NCBI GenBank assembly: GCA_949290645.1 | Contig: CASESG010000001.1 | Coordinates: forward strand, 5,104 to 69,103 | Direction: 5' to 3' | DNA: 64,000 nt | DNA from: an uncultured Bacillota bacterium | GTDB lineage: Bacteria; Bacillota_I; Bacilli_A; RFN20; CAG-288 | In this document: piece by piece, positions 34,344 through 44,168 of the stretch | Numbering within the stretch: the first letter of the stretch is position 1 | Layout of the letters: every line of letters starts with the position of its first letter | The notes under the pieces: generated by a model | What the model saw: the letters and a program-made list of their open reading frames with translations, nothing else | Database searches by the model: none | Told to the model about the DNA's origin: nothing | Made by a program: the position numbers and the translations under genes

Positions 34344-36002
34344 ATGGACATCCAAAGCAGCATTCGTCAGGAATTGCAGAGAATTGCCAACGAACTTGGA
34401 ATCGAAGTCAGCCTCGAGCAGATCCAGCTCAGCAAGAGCGACAATCGGGAACACGGCGACTATGCCAGCAACATCGCCTTCCAGAAGGCCAAGAGCATGG
34501 GAAAGAAACCCATCGACCTGGCCCAGGAATTCGCTTCCCGCTTCCAGTGCGAAGGCATCGAGAAGGTCGAGGCGGTCTTCCCCGGCTTCCTCAACTTCTT
34601 CCTGAAGTCGGACGAGATGGGAGCGGTCATCGAGGAGATTCTCGAGAAGAAGGAACACTACGGCGATCTCGAGTTCGGAAAGAACGTCCGGGTCGACATC
34701 GAGTATGTCTCCGCCAATCCCACCGGAACCCTCCATCTTGGCCATGCCAGAGGCGCGGCCTTGGGAGACAGCATCAGCCGTATCTTCAAGAAGGCGGGGT
34801 ACGATGTCACAAGGGAATATTACATCAACGATGCCGGAAACCAGATTGACCATCTCGGTGAGTCCTTGATTGCTCGTTATCTCGAGCTCTTCGGCATCCG
34901 GAGAGAGGTTCCCGAGGATGGCTACCATGGCGAGGAAATCATCGAAGTCGCCAAGAAGATGAAGGAGGAATACGGAGACAAGTTCGTTCAGGATCCCGAT
35001 TCCCATCTTGCCTTCTTCAAGGAATATGGTTCCAAGATGCTCCTGGAATTCATCAAGAGGGACTTGGCGGAGTTCCGCGTCAAGCAGGATGTCTACACCT
35101 CCGAGAAGGCCATCCGGGCCAGGGGCGGGGTGGAGAAGACCTTGGAGAAGCTCAAGCCCTATCTCTACGAGAAGGACGGAGCCCTGTTCTTGAACACGAC
35201 CAAGGACGGAGATGACAAGGACCGCGTCCTGGTCAAGTCGGATGGCTCCTATACCTACCTTCTTCCCGACATCGCCTATCACGTCGACAAGTTCGAGCGT
35301 CACTTCGACTTGCTGATCGATCTCTTCGGCGCCGATCACCACGGCTACGTCACCCGCTTGAAGTCGGCCCTTTCCGACCTCGGCTATGACAGCAAGAGAT
35401 TGATCGTCTCCCTGGTCCAGATGGTCCGTCTCTTCAAGAACGGCGAGGAGTTCAAGATGAGCAAGAGGACCGGAAACGCGATCTCGATGAAGGAACTGGT
35501 CGAGGAGTGCTCGGTCGATGCCATCCGCTACTTCTTCGTCTCGAGAAGCGGAAACTCGCATCTCGACTTCGATATCGACCTGGCCAAGACCCTCGGAAGC
35601 GAGAACCCGGTCTACTACGCCCAATACACCCACGCCCGTCTCTGCGGCATCCTGACAAACGGTGCCTCCTTCCTGCCCTATGACAAGAAGGGAGACAAGC
35701 TCGTGAGCAAAAGCGAGAAGAACCTCCTTCTGCTTCTGAAGGAATATCCCAAGGCCATCACCTCGGCCTGCCAGGAGATCGAGCCCTACAAGATCACCAA
35801 CTACGTCCATTCCCTTGCGGTCAGCATCAACGACTTCTACACCAAGTGCCGTGTCCTGGATGATGCCGATGTCGCTTTGTCCAAGCAGCGTCTGGCCCTG
35901 GTGGATGCCTGCCGGATCGTCCTCAAGGATGCCTTGTCCCTGATCGGTGTCTCGGCTCCGGAGCGGATGATGTCCAAGGAGAAGGAAGTGTCTTCCCTTT
36001 GA
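34344..36002 (+). CDS. argS: Arginine--tRNA ligase
   Basis: SANPTGTLHLGHARG (HIGH) and a FKMSKRTG (KMSK-like) motif. 552 aa. Confidence 0.95.
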   Translation: MDIQSSIRQELQRIANELGIEVSLEQIQLSKSDNREHGDYASNIAFQKAKSMGKKPIDLAQEFASRFQCEGIEKVEAVFPGFLNFFLKSDEMGAVIEEILEKKEHYGDLEFGKNVRVDIEYVSANPTGTLHLGHARGAALGDSISRIFKKAGYDVTREYYINDAGNQIDHLGESLIARYLELFGIRREVPEDGYHGEEIIEVAKKMKEEYGDKFVQDPDSHLAFFKEYGSKMLLEFIKRDLAEFRVKQDVYTSEKAIRARGGVEKTLEKLKPYLYEKDGALFLNTTKDGDDKDRVLVKSDGSYTYLLPDIAYHVDKFERHFDLLIDLFGADHHGYVTRLKSALSDLGYDSKRLIVSLVQMVRLFKNGEEFKMSKRTGNAISMKELVEECSVDAIRYFFVSRSGNSHLDFDIDLAKTLGSENPVYYAQYTHARLCGILTNGASFLPYDKKGDKLVSKSEKNLLLLLKEYPKAITSACQEIEPYKITNYVHSLAVSINDFYTKCRVLDDADVALSKQRLALVDACRIVLKDALSLIGVSAPERMMSKEKEVSSL

Positions 36003-36070
36003 AACCGAAGTCGATTATTGTATAGTTCTATGTTGCTGTATATTGAGAATGCCTGAAAGGAGAGAAAGAT

Positions 36071-36499
36071 ATGCCTGTGAACAAACTGTCCTTGGTGGAT
36101 GCCGCCTATCAAGTCCTGACCCGTCGCTATGAGGATCGCAAGGAAAGCGATCCGATGCCGTTCAACGAACTGCTTCTGGCGGTCGGGGAACTGGTCGGGA
36201 TCGAAGACCAGAACGACCTGCTCAACCTCGCCTCGGCCTTCTACACGTCCCTGACGCTCGACGGAAGGTTCGTCATCAAGGAGAACAATACCTGGGTCCT
36301 TCGCGACCACGAGCTCTTCGCCAACATCCACATCGACATGAACGCCGTCTATGCCGAGGATGAGGATGAGGACGAGGAAGACGAGGACGAAGAGAAGGAT
36401 GACGAGGACGAGGATGGCATCGACCGAGACGAGGAGGACGATCTCGACTTGGGAGACAAGACCATCATCGATCCGGACGACGAAGATTCCGACGACTGA
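36071..36499 (+). CDS. rpoE: RNA polymerase delta subunit
   Basis: HARE-HTH-like N-terminus (LSLVDAAYQVL...PFNELL) and a long Asp/Glu tail (DEDEDEEDEDEEKDDEDED). Confidence 0.85.
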   Translation: MPVNKLSLVDAAYQVLTRRYEDRKESDPMPFNELLLAVGELVGIEDQNDLLNLASAFYTSLTLDGRFVIKENNTWVLRDHELFANIHIDMNAVYAEDEDEDEEDEDEEKDDEDEDGIDRDEEDDLDLGDKTIIDPDDEDSDD

Positions 36500-36554
36500 T
36501 TCCTCAAGGCCCTTCGGGGCCTTTTCCTTCCTATCGAAAACAAGGAGAACGAAC

Positions 36555-37511
36555 ATGAACGAACGTCAAGAATTGTTGGATGCGATCTTCGGCAAAATCG
36601 AGAAGGCCGATTCCATCGTCATCTTTGGCCATGTCAATCCCGACGGGGATTGCGTCGGCTCTGTCCTGGGGCTCAAGCACGCCCTTATGGAGCTATTCCC
36701 GGAGAAGAAGGTCTACGGAGTCGGAACCCATCCTTCCTACCTCCCTTCCTTCCTCGAGGAGAGCGATGTCGTTTCCGACGAGGTCGTCTCTTCCTCCCTT
36801 GCGATTTTGGTCGACCTCTCCGACCTTGCCCGGGTCGAGGACCAGAGGATCCAGACGGCCAAGGAGATCGTCTGCTTCGACCACCACGTGGCGGACAAGG
36901 ACTCCTATCCCTTCTTGGTCTATCGGGACGTGACCGCTCCCTCGGCCACCTTCATCCTCAGCCAGCTTCTTCTCGAGCGCTACGGAAAGATTCCCCAGAG
37001 TGCCGCCAAGGAGCTCTTCTTGGGCCTTGTGACCGACACGGGGCGCTTCCAGTATGACTGCGAGCCGAAGACGCTCGAGATGGCGGCAAAGCTCGTTTCC
37101 TGTGGGGTCGATTACCATCCGATCTATCGGGAGCTCTATCGCCAGAACAGCAAGGACCTCCACTATCGGGCCTTTGTCTACGATCACTTCCATTTCGAAG
37201 GCAAGGTCACCTATTGCTTCGTCAGCAAGGCCGATTGGTCTCGTCTTGGCCTGACCCAGCAGGAGGCCGGAGGAAAGGTGAATCTCCTCTCCCTCTTGGA
37301 CAACCATCCCCTCTGGGCCTTCTTCACGGAGCAGGACGACGGAATCATCCGCTGCGAGCTGAGAAGCGACGGAACCTACAACGTCCAGGAAATCGCCAAG
37401 TCCTTCGGTGGTGGAGGACATGTCCCGGCCGCCGGCTGCAAGGTCGAGTCCTTCCAGAAGGCCATGGAAGTCGTGAAGGCTTTGGACAACGCCCGAAAGG
37501 TGGAAGGATGA
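36555..37511 (+). CDS. nrnA: DHH-family phosphoesterase (NrnA-like oligoribonuclease/pAp phosphatase)
   Basis: Start chosen at MNERQELL. GHVNPDGDCVGS (DHH motif I-II), DHH (FDHHV), GGGH near the C-terminus. Confidence 0.8.
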   Translation: MNERQELLDAIFGKIEKADSIVIFGHVNPDGDCVGSVLGLKHALMELFPEKKVYGVGTHPSYLPSFLEESDVVSDEVVSSSLAILVDLSDLARVEDQRIQTAKEIVCFDHHVADKDSYPFLVYRDVTAPSATFILSQLLLERYGKIPQSAAKELFLGLVTDTGRFQYDCEPKTLEMAAKLVSCGVDYHPIYRELYRQNSKDLHYRAFVYDHFHFEGKVTYCFVSKADWSRLGLTQQEAGGKVNLLSLLDNHPLWAFFTEQDDGIIRCELRSDGTYNVQEIAKSFGGGGHVPAAGCKVESFQKAMEVVKALDNARKVEG

Positions 37512-38293
37512 GAGACCTCTCGAAAATCCTTTCCGGGATGATCGAGGCGGGGAAGAAAGCCAGCCTTGCCATCCAGGAAGTCGCCCATCGCCCCTTCTCG
37601 GTCAAGATCAAGGAAGACCACTCCCCGGTGACGGAAGCCGACCTCGCCTCCGACAAGATCCTGAGGAAGATGCTTCCCCTTGACGACGAGATCTTCTATC
37701 TCTCCGAGGAGGAAGACGACGACAAGAGCAGACTCTCCTATGACGAGCTCTTCATCGTCGATCCTCTGGATGGGACGCAGGACTTCGTCGAGAAGGACGG
37801 CTCCTATTCCATCAACATCGCCTATGTCCAGAACAGAAAGCCCGTCCTGGCCCTGATCTTCCTTCCGACCAGTGGCAGCTATTGCTATGCCATCAAAGGA
37901 AAGGGATCCTACTATGTCGAAGAGGGAAGAGAGGAGCGCATCTTCGTCTCCGATCGCCTCGACCATCTCGTCTATGCCAGAAGCAAGACGCACGAGAACG
38001 AAAGGGAGAGAGAAGTCTATCTCCGTCACAAGGACAAGATCGCGAAGGTTCTCGCCCTGGGCGCTTCCCTCAAGGGAGTCTCTCTTGCCCGAGGCATCGT
38101 CGACTGCTCCGTCCGCTACACGCAGATGACCAAGGAATGGGACACCTGTGCGATGGACCTGATCGTCCGGGAAGCGGGCGGAATCTTTGTCGACACCTTG
38201 AGAAGGGAATTCGTCTACAACCGAGAAGATGTTTACAACAGAGATGGCTATGCGATGTTCAATCGCAAGGAAAACTTCTTCTTGTTCGACTAA
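37508..38293 (+). CDS. Inositol monophosphatase/CysQ-family phosphatase
   Basis: ATGA overlap with nrnA. Motifs SPVTEADLASD, FIVDPLDGT and WDTCAMDLIVREAGG. Confidence 0.8.
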   Translation: MRDLSKILSGMIEAGKKASLAIQEVAHRPFSVKIKEDHSPVTEADLASDKILRKMLPLDDEIFYLSEEEDDDKSRLSYDELFIVDPLDGTQDFVEKDGSYSINIAYVQNRKPVLALIFLPTSGSYCYAIKGKGSYYVEEGREERIFVSDRLDHLVYARSKTHENEREREVYLRHKDKIAKVLALGASLKGVSLARGIVDCSVRYTQMTKEWDTCAMDLIVREAGGIFVDTLRREFVYNREDVYNRDGYAMFNRKENFFLFD

Positions 38294-38567
38294 AAATAGC
38301 GTAATAGAATCTGCGTTCTTTGAATCGGAATCGATGCCGGATATCTTCTTTATCGAATGGAGAAGAACAAGGGAGAGCAGTGCCAAAGCGTGTGTCCTTG
38401 TAACGATTGCGCTTCTTCCACGGTCGAGTATGGGGATGAGAAGAAGATATCGATGAGCTTGGTTGCTGATTCGAGGATAATTCCAAATCATTAAGAAAAA
38501 AGCGGACCGCCAACTTGTATTCAAGAGGGCAATCCGCTTTTTTGATGCTCGGTTGTTCTGCTGTCGA

Positions 38568-39218
38568 TCAGACGTTCTTCGTCTTCGCCGAATCCTTCTC
38601 GAAGGCCACAAGGCCGCTGTCGGTCAAGGGGTGGCTGATCAGCTTCTTGAGGACCTTGTAGGGGACGGTTGCGATGTCCGCACCAAGAAGGGCGCAGGTC
38701 TCGACATGGCTCACGGAGCGGATCGAGGCGCAGATGATCTTCGTCTCGTATCCGTAGTTCTTCTTGACCTTCACGATCTCCTCGATCAGCTTGGCGCTGT
38801 CCCAGCCGTTGTCGTCCAGCCTTCCCAAGAAGGGAGAGACGTAGGTGGCATGGCTTTCGAAGGCGAGAAGGGCTTGGCTGAGGGAGAAGCAGAGAGTGAC
38901 GTTGGTCGGGATGTGTTCGTCGTGAAGCTTCTTGCAGACGGAGAGGCCGGCGGTGGTCATGGGGAGCTTGATGACGATGTTTTCCGGCTTGATCTGGTGG
39001 AGCTTCCGGGCCTGGAGAAGCATTCCTTCCTCGTCTTCGGCGGTGACTTCCGCAGAGATCGGACCGTCGATGAGCGTGCTGATCGTCTCGATGATCTCGC
39101 TTTGGCTCTTTCCTTCCTTGGCGATGAGGGAGGGGTTGGTGGTGACGCCCTTGATGAAGGGTGTCTTGCTGAATTCCTCAATCTCCTTGAGATTGGCGGT
39201 GTCGATGAACAGTTCCAT
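38568..39218 (-). CDS. tal: Transaldolase-family enzyme (fructose-6-phosphate aldolase/short transaldolase)
   Basis: MELFIDTANLKEIEE...GVTTNPSL...IKLP pattern. 216 aa. Confidence 0.85.
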   Translation of the reverse strand: MELFIDTANLKEIEEFSKTPFIKGVTTNPSLIAKEGKSQSEIIETISTLIDGPISAEVTAEDEEGMLLQARKLHQIKPENIVIKLPMTTAGLSVCKKLHDEHIPTNVTLCFSLSQALLAFESHATYVSPFLGRLDDNGWDSAKLIEEIVKVKKNYGYETKIICASIRSVSHVETCALLGADIATVPYKVLKKLISHPLTDSGLVAFEKDSAKTKNV

Positions 39219-39238
39219 GTTCGGTCCTCCTTGCTCTT

Positions 39239-39826
39239 TCAGATGCGACGCGGATTGCGGTCGTCGGGATCGACGATTGGTTCGTAGGAATGGAATTTTC
39301 CTTCCATGTATTCCTTGTAGGCCTTAAGGTCTTTCTCGATGACTTCGATGGCGGCTTTCCTTCCTTCGATGGAGGTGACGGAAGTCTCCTTGCCCTCGAG
39401 GGACTTGTAGACGCGGAAGAAGTGACGGATTTCGTTTCCGACATAGTCGGGAAGGTCGGACATCTCGTTGTATCCGGAATAGAAGGGATCGGAGGTGCAG
39501 ACGGCGATGATCTTCTCGTCGATGAATCCCTGGTCGACCATCCGGATGATGCCGATGGGCTTGGACTCGACCAAGGTCAAAGGAACAAGGCTTTCTTGGC
39601 AGAGAACCAGGACGTCGAGAGGATCGTTGTCTTCGGCGTAGGTCAAAGGGATGAAGCCATAGTTGGCCGGATAGTAGGTCGCCGTGTAGAGGACGCGGTC
39701 GAGCTTGATCAGGCCGGTGGATTTGTCGAGCTCGTATTTGCAGTGACTTCCGCGCGGGATCTCGATTACGGAAGTGAATTTTTCAGTGCTGACTCTTTTG
39801 GGGTCGATGTCGTGCCAGATGTTCAT
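39239..39826 (-). CDS. ppa: Family I inorganic pyrophosphatase
   Basis: VIEIPRGSHCKYELD...YPANYGFIP...DNDPLDVLV motifs. Confidence 0.9.
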   Translation of the reverse strand: MNIWHDIDPKRVSTEKFTSVIEIPRGSHCKYELDKSTGLIKLDRVLYTATYYPANYGFIPLTYAEDNDPLDVLVLCQESLVPLTLVESKPIGIIRMVDQGFIDEKIIAVCTSDPFYSGYNEMSDLPDYVGNEIRHFFRVYKSLEGKETSVTSIEGRKAAIEVIEKDLKAYKEYMEGKFHSYEPIVDPDDRNPRRI

Positions 39827-39847
39827 GTCTGATTCTCCTTCAAAATC

Positions 39848-40375
39848 TTAGAGGATGGGGGCGTTTTGATATTTGCGGCGGACAAACGGAGCCAGGATGA
39901 CAAGGCCGAGGTAGGAATTGTAGCGGAAGGCGAGCTTGTCGTATTTCCCGTAGGGGGAATTCTTCAGCTCGTCCTTGAGGTGCAGTTCCGCGAGCATCTT
40001 GTCGTAGATTTCCTTGTATTCCGGTTTCTTTTGAATCAGCTTCTTCTCCTTGAGGAACTTCATGTAGTACATCAGCAGGAAGTCGGTCTGGTTCTTGACC
40101 TTGCTGACGTCGACAGGCGTCTCCTTGAGAAGCTTCAGGTTGTTCTCGGTGGCTTCGCACATCTCGTCGGAGAGATGATAGTTGTCGTTGAGAAGCTTTT
40201 CTTTCGTGCTCGAAACGAGCTTCATCCTCTCGTCCTCATAGGGGAGCAAGTCCATCAGGGCATCATAGGCCCTTTTCATGGCTCGTTTCATGAGGAGGAA
40301 CAGGATGAAGGCCGAAAAAAGATAGACAAGGATGAGGGCAAGGATGACGATGATGACAATAACCCAGCTTTCCAT
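39848..40375 (-). CDS. N-terminally membrane-anchored hypothetical protein
   Basis: Start chosen at MESWVIVIIVILALILVYLF (TM helix). No family recognised. Confidence 0.45.
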   Translation of the reverse strand: MESWVIVIIVILALILVYLFSAFILFLLMKRAMKRAYDALMDLLPYEDERMKLVSSTKEKLLNDNYHLSDEMCEATENNLKLLKETPVDVSKVKNQTDFLLMYYMKFLKEKKLIQKKPEYKEIYDKMLAELHLKDELKNSPYGKYDKLAFRYNSYLGLVILAPFVRRKYQNAPIL

Positions 40376-40457
40376 TTTCTTCGTCCTCGATTCGTTCTCC
40401 TTTACGATAGTAAAAACGAAGAGACAAAACAAGTCTTGACTATGCTAAAATCAGCGT

Positions 40458-41177
40458 ATGAATGCGCAAAACAAGCTGAAAAGGAAAGATGTCGCCGTCC
40501 TGCTCCTGGCCGGGAAGGGAGAGCGTCTATATGATGCCTTGAAAGTGAAGAAGCAGTTCTTGGAATTCGACGGAAAAGCCCTCTTTCTCTACCCTCTGAC
40601 AAGCCTTGTCCTTTCCAAAAGGTTTTCGAAGATCCTTCTCGTCCATGCCGAAGAAGACCGCAAAAAGGTTCAGGATTGCCTTTTGAAAGACCCGATTCTC
40701 CGCAAGGAAAAATTTGAATTTATCATCGGCGGAAAGACAAGAAACGAATCGGTGAGAAACGCTTTGAAAGCAATCAAAGGAAAGAAAGGCAATTTCTCTG
40801 TTCTCATCCATGATGCCGCTCGTCCCTTCCTTACCGTGAAACAAGTCTCCTTTATTATGGACAAGACGTATCGGGCGGAGGCTTTGACCTATTGTATCCC
40901 GCTTGCGGATTCGCTCTTCCGCCAGGACGGAAAGGGAATCGCCTATCTCGACCGGAAGAATCTCTACCTTGTGCAGACACCGCAGGTCTTCGATTTCGAC
41001 AAGCTGGTTGAGCTCTATCAAAATCCGGATTATGAGGACACGACCGACGATTTCTCAAAGGCGGTCCGAGCTGGAATGAAAACTCTTCCACTTCCGGGCG
41101 ATTCCTCGCTTTTCAAGATCACGGGCAAGGACGATCTGGCCCTCCTCTCGATGCTTTCTGTCCTTCCTTCCGATTGA
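40458..41177 (+). CDS. ispD: 2-C-methyl-D-erythritol 4-phosphate cytidylyltransferase
   Basis: VAVLLLAGKGERL, IHDAARPF and QTPQVF motifs. Confidence 0.85.
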   Translation: MNAQNKLKRKDVAVLLLAGKGERLYDALKVKKQFLEFDGKALFLYPLTSLVLSKRFSKILLVHAEEDRKKVQDCLLKDPILRKEKFEFIIGGKTRNESVRNALKAIKGKKGNFSVLIHDAARPFLTVKQVSFIMDKTYRAEALTYCIPLADSLFRQDGKGIAYLDRKNLYLVQTPQVFDFDKLVELYQNPDYEDTTDDFSKAVRAGMKTLPLPGDSSLFKITGKDDLALLSMLSVLPSD

Positions 41178-41243
41178 TAAACGTCTTTTCTTTGACTATA
41201 GTATTCGGGATTACCTTTTTGGTATCGATTAGGAGGGACCAAG

Positions 41244-42530
41244 ATGGTTGAATTTTCAAGACACGGTGCGGTTTTCCAGAACATGGACTATTCGGAGATT
41301 GACAGCCGTGGCGAGGCGATTGCCAAGATGATTGACGAGAAGACGGGAGAGGGAAACGACTTCCTGGGATGGTTGGATTATGCCAGCCGTCTTCCGGAAG
41401 AGGAGATTGCCCGCATCGAGAAGACGGCCAAGCGCATCCGCGAGAACTACGATGCCCTTGTCGTCATCGGTATCGGCGGCTCTTATCTGGGAGCCCGGGC
41501 GATGATCGAGGCGGTCAACGGCTTCTTCCCGGAGGACAAGCTGGAGATCATCTACCTCGGAAACACGCTCTCGAGCACCTATACTGCTCAGGTCATCCGT
41601 CATCTGAGGAACAAGAAGTTCGCGATCAACGTCATCTCCAAGAGCGGAACCACGACCGAACCGGCCGTCGCTTTCCGCCTTCTCAAGGAGATGCTCATCC
41701 AGCGCTTCGGCAAAGCCTATCTCAAGGATGCGGTCATCGCCACGACCGACCGCGCCAAGGGCGCTCTCAAGATGGAAGCGGACAAGGAAGGATACGAGTG
41801 CTTCGTCATCCCCGATGACATCGGCGGACGTTTTTCGGTCATCACTCCGGTTGGCCTTCTTCCGGTCGCTTGCGCTAACATCGACATCCGCGCCTTCCTT
41901 CAGGGCGTCAAGGATGCCGAGAAGGACTACTCCGGCCACGACTACAAGAAGAATCCGGCCTATTTCTATGCCGCGACTCGCTATCTCCTTCACGTCCAGA
42001 AGAAGTTCACCTCGGAGATGTTCGTCTCCTATGAGCTTCAGAACAAGATGATCGAGGAGTGGCTCAAGCAGCTCTTCGACGAATCCGAAGGCAAGGAGGG
42101 AAAGGCCCTCTTGTGCTCCTCGGGTGTCTTCACCACCGATCTTCACTCGATGGGACAGTTCATTCAGCAGGGATCCCCGGTACTCTTCGAGACCATCATC
42201 AAGGAGAAAAACCCGAACTTGGATGTCGAAGTTCCTTCCGACGAGCGGAACCTCGACAACCTTAACTACCTCGCCGGCAAGAATCTCTCCTACATCAACG
42301 ACAAGGCCTATCAGGCGACCTTGGAGGCCCATACGGAAGGACATTCTCCGGCCATGGTGATCTCCATCGACAGGATGGACGCCTACAACATCGGAAACCT
42401 CTTCTACTTCTTCTTCCGCGCCACGGCCTTCTCCGCCTACCTGCTTGGCGTCAACCCCTTCAACCAGCCGGGTGTCGAGATCTACAAGCACAACATGTTC
42501 AAGCTCCTCGGAAAGCCGGGAGTGAAGTAA
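41244..42530 (+). CDS. pgi: Glucose-6-phosphate isomerase
   Basis: VVIGIGGSYLGARA, ISKSGTTTEP and DESEGK motifs. 428 aa. Confidence 0.95.
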   Translation: MVEFSRHGAVFQNMDYSEIDSRGEAIAKMIDEKTGEGNDFLGWLDYASRLPEEEIARIEKTAKRIRENYDALVVIGIGGSYLGARAMIEAVNGFFPEDKLEIIYLGNTLSSTYTAQVIRHLRNKKFAINVISKSGTTTEPAVAFRLLKEMLIQRFGKAYLKDAVIATTDRAKGALKMEADKEGYECFVIPDDIGGRFSVITPVGLLPVACANIDIRAFLQGVKDAEKDYSGHDYKKNPAYFYAATRYLLHVQKKFTSEMFVSYELQNKMIEEWLKQLFDESEGKEGKALLCSSGVFTTDLHSMGQFIQQGSPVLFETIIKEKNPNLDVEVPSDERNLDNLNYLAGKNLSYINDKAYQATLEAHTEGHSPAMVISIDRMDAYNIGNLFYFFFRATAFSAYLLGVNPFNQPGVEIYKHNMFKLLGKPGVK

Positions 42531-42545
42531 TCGTTTCGCAAAAAG

Positions 42546-42573
42546 CCGCCTGGAATCATCCGGGCGGTTTTTT
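42546..42573 (+). terminator. Intrinsic terminator after pgi
   Basis: CCGCCTGG-aatcat-CCGGGCGG hairpin followed by TTTTTT. Confidence 0.7.
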
Positions 42574-42710
42574 GATGGCCTGTCGAAACATTGCAAAATC
42601 AAAATGAGACCCTACTGCAATGCCATGGAAGGAAGATTCCTGTGTCACGAGCCCCATTCAAAAATGAGGCTTAAGGAGCGCTGTGATGAAATAGGGAAAC
42701 CGTCTTTTGA

Positions 42711-43217
42711 TTGGCGGATAGGTCTTCGGAAATGCAATGCCTGAACACAAGAGGAATCATCTGCGTGAGGGATTTCCTTCATATCGAATATCGAGTCTGT
42801 GTCATTGAACCTCTTCTGTGGGAAGACGAGCCCTTTGAGTATCGTTTCTATCCCGACTATGGAATGATCGCTCTCCTTGATTCGGATACTTTCCAGGGAA
42901 TCCACGAAATCAATCTCTCCTTGAAGAAAGAAGTTTATTTCCAGAAAAGCTTTGTTCCGACGTTCATTTCGAAACGAGTCCTGTCGAAGAATCAGGAGGA
43001 TTATTTCGAATTGCCGGATGGGGCGGACCTTGAGGTGATGAATCCGATTCAATACCTGATCGGGACAAAGATGAAGTATTCAAGGGATTCCTTCTATGTC
43101 ATCGCCTTTGAGGAACCCAAGGAATCCGGATTCCGGATATCAAAGGCAAGAGGAATGCCTCAGAACTCACGAAGAAAATTCTTGACTATTTTGCTGCCCG
43201 AAATCGAGCTCTTCTAG
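42711..43217 (+). CDS. Hypothetical ORF, possibly a decayed remnant of a mobile-element gene
   Basis: 168-aa ORF with no convincing start or RBS. The tail RRKFLTILLPEIELF looks like the pre-E-helix segment of serine recombinases. A 135-aa ORF overlaps on the opposite strand. Confidence 0.25.
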   Translation: MADRSSEMQCLNTRGIICVRDFLHIEYRVCVIEPLLWEDEPFEYRFYPDYGMIALLDSDTFQGIHEINLSLKKEVYFQKSFVPTFISKRVLSKNQEDYFELPDGADLEVMNPIQYLIGTKMKYSRDSFYVIAFEEPKESGFRISKARGMPQNSRRKFLTILLPEIELF

Positions 43218-43282
43218 AAGACGGAACGGCGATCGACGCTCCCGGCGTCTTCAAAACACTTCGTTTTCGGTACGAAAAGGAA

Positions 43283-43510
43283 TTGTGCGGGAGAAAGCAG
43301 AGGCAGAAGGAAGGAATTGCGAAAGCGAGGAGGGAAGGGAAATACGTCGGAAGAAAGCCAATCGTCGTCGAAGAGTTCCTCCTTCAGGAAGCGGAAGAGA
43401 GGATCGCTCAAAAGGAAATCACGAAGAGGAAAGCCTCGAGATCGCTCGGGATCAGCATCGACATATTCTATCGGCTCGAAAAGGAATTAAAAAAACAGAA
43501 GGACGTCCTT
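43283..43510 (+). pseudogene. Serine recombinase (resolvase/invertase) C-terminal fragment; catalytic domain missing
   Basis: RQKEGIAKARREGKYVGRKP...ITKRKASRSLGISIDIFYRLEKEL matches the E-helix end plus HTH of resolvases. No intact N-terminal Ser catalytic domain lies upstream, and the frame runs on into tRNA-Val. Confidence 0.55.
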
Positions 43511-43658
43511 TGCGATGTTTGTTTGAGATCCTCTCAGGCAGAGGGAGCCTTTATCCAGGACAACATGGCAATGACAGGAAACTTTTGCCACAGGAAATCC
43601 TCTTCTTTTTCTTGCAACCTGTCGGCCAGTTTGATAAAATATGCAAGCGCCGAATTTC

Positions 43659-43734
43659 GGATGCTTAGCTCAGCTGGAAGAGCATCGCCTTTACACGGCG
43701 GAGGTCAGGAGTTCGAGACTCTTAGCATCCACCA
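43659..43734 (+). tRNA. tRNA-Val (anticodon TAC)
   Basis: Cloverleaf folded by hand: acceptor GGATGCT/AGCATCC, anticodon loop TTTACAC, T-loop GGAGTTCGAGACTCT, encoded CCA. Confidence 0.9.
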
Positions 43735-43761
43735 CTGAAAGAAGCGCAGAAATCGATTTGT

Positions 43762-43845
43762 GGGCGAGTAGCGAAGTGGCCAAACGCGGCAGACTGTAAA
43801 TCTGTTCCTTCGGGTTCGGTGGTTCGAATCCACCCCCGCCCACCA
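43762..43845 (+). tRNA. tRNA-Tyr (anticodon GTA), long variable arm
   Basis: The loop CAGACTGTAAATCTG carries GTA. T-arm GGTGGTTCGAATCCACC, encoded CCA. One A-C mismatch in the acceptor stem. Confidence 0.85.
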
Positions 43846-43890
43846 TCCCTTCGGTAGCAACGCATCTGCGTTCTATATCCGTGCCTTACT

Positions 43891-43964
43891 TGGGGTATAG
43901 CCAAGGGGTAAGGCAACAGACTTTGACTCTGTCAGCGGTGGTTCGAATCCACCTACCCCAGCCA
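43891..43964 (+). tRNA. tRNA-Gln (anticodon TTG)
   Basis: Acceptor TGGGGTA/TACCCCA, anticodon arm CAGACTTTGACTCTG, T-arm GGTGGTTCGAATCCACC, CCA. Confidence 0.9.
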
Positions 43965-43992
43965 TCCTTCTAGCCCGAGGAAGCCCCGAACC

Positions 43993-44068
43993 GTCTCGTT
44001 AGCTCAGTTGGTAGAGCACGTGACTTTTAATCACGGGGCCATGGGTTCGAGTCCCATACGAGACACCA
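43993..44068 (+). tRNA. tRNA-Lys (anticodon TTT)
   Basis: Acceptor GTCTCGT/ACGAGAC, anticodon arm GTGACTTTTAATCAC, T-arm ATGGGTTCGAGTCCCAT, CCA. Confidence 0.9.
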
Positions 44069-44080
44069 CTCCTCTGTTCC

Positions 44081-44168
44081 GCCCAGGTGGCGAAACTGGT
44101 AGACGCACAGGACTTAAAATCCTGCGGGCTTATCACCCATACCGGTCCGATTCCGGTCCTGGGCACCA
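44081..44168 (+). tRNA. tRNA-Leu (anticodon TAA), long variable arm
   Basis: Acceptor GCCCAGG/CCTGGGC, anticodon arm AGGACTTAAAATCCT, CCA. Confidence 0.9.

Noticed and set aside
36351-36554. Upstream extension of the nrnA ORF (track start 36351), reading MPRMRMRTRKTRTKRR...
   Set aside because: This is an out-of-frame reading of the rpoE acidic-tail GAN repeats. The DHH protein starts convincingly at MNERQELL (36555), preceded by an RBS-like AAGGAGAA.
38294-38567. A 270-bp gap between the convergent CysQ-like and tal genes as a hidden small gene or sRNA
   Set aside because: It contains only a plausible bidirectional terminator (AAAAAGCGGA...TCCGCTTTTT, about 38500-38545) and ORFs with implausible composition. 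There is no promoter or RBS support.
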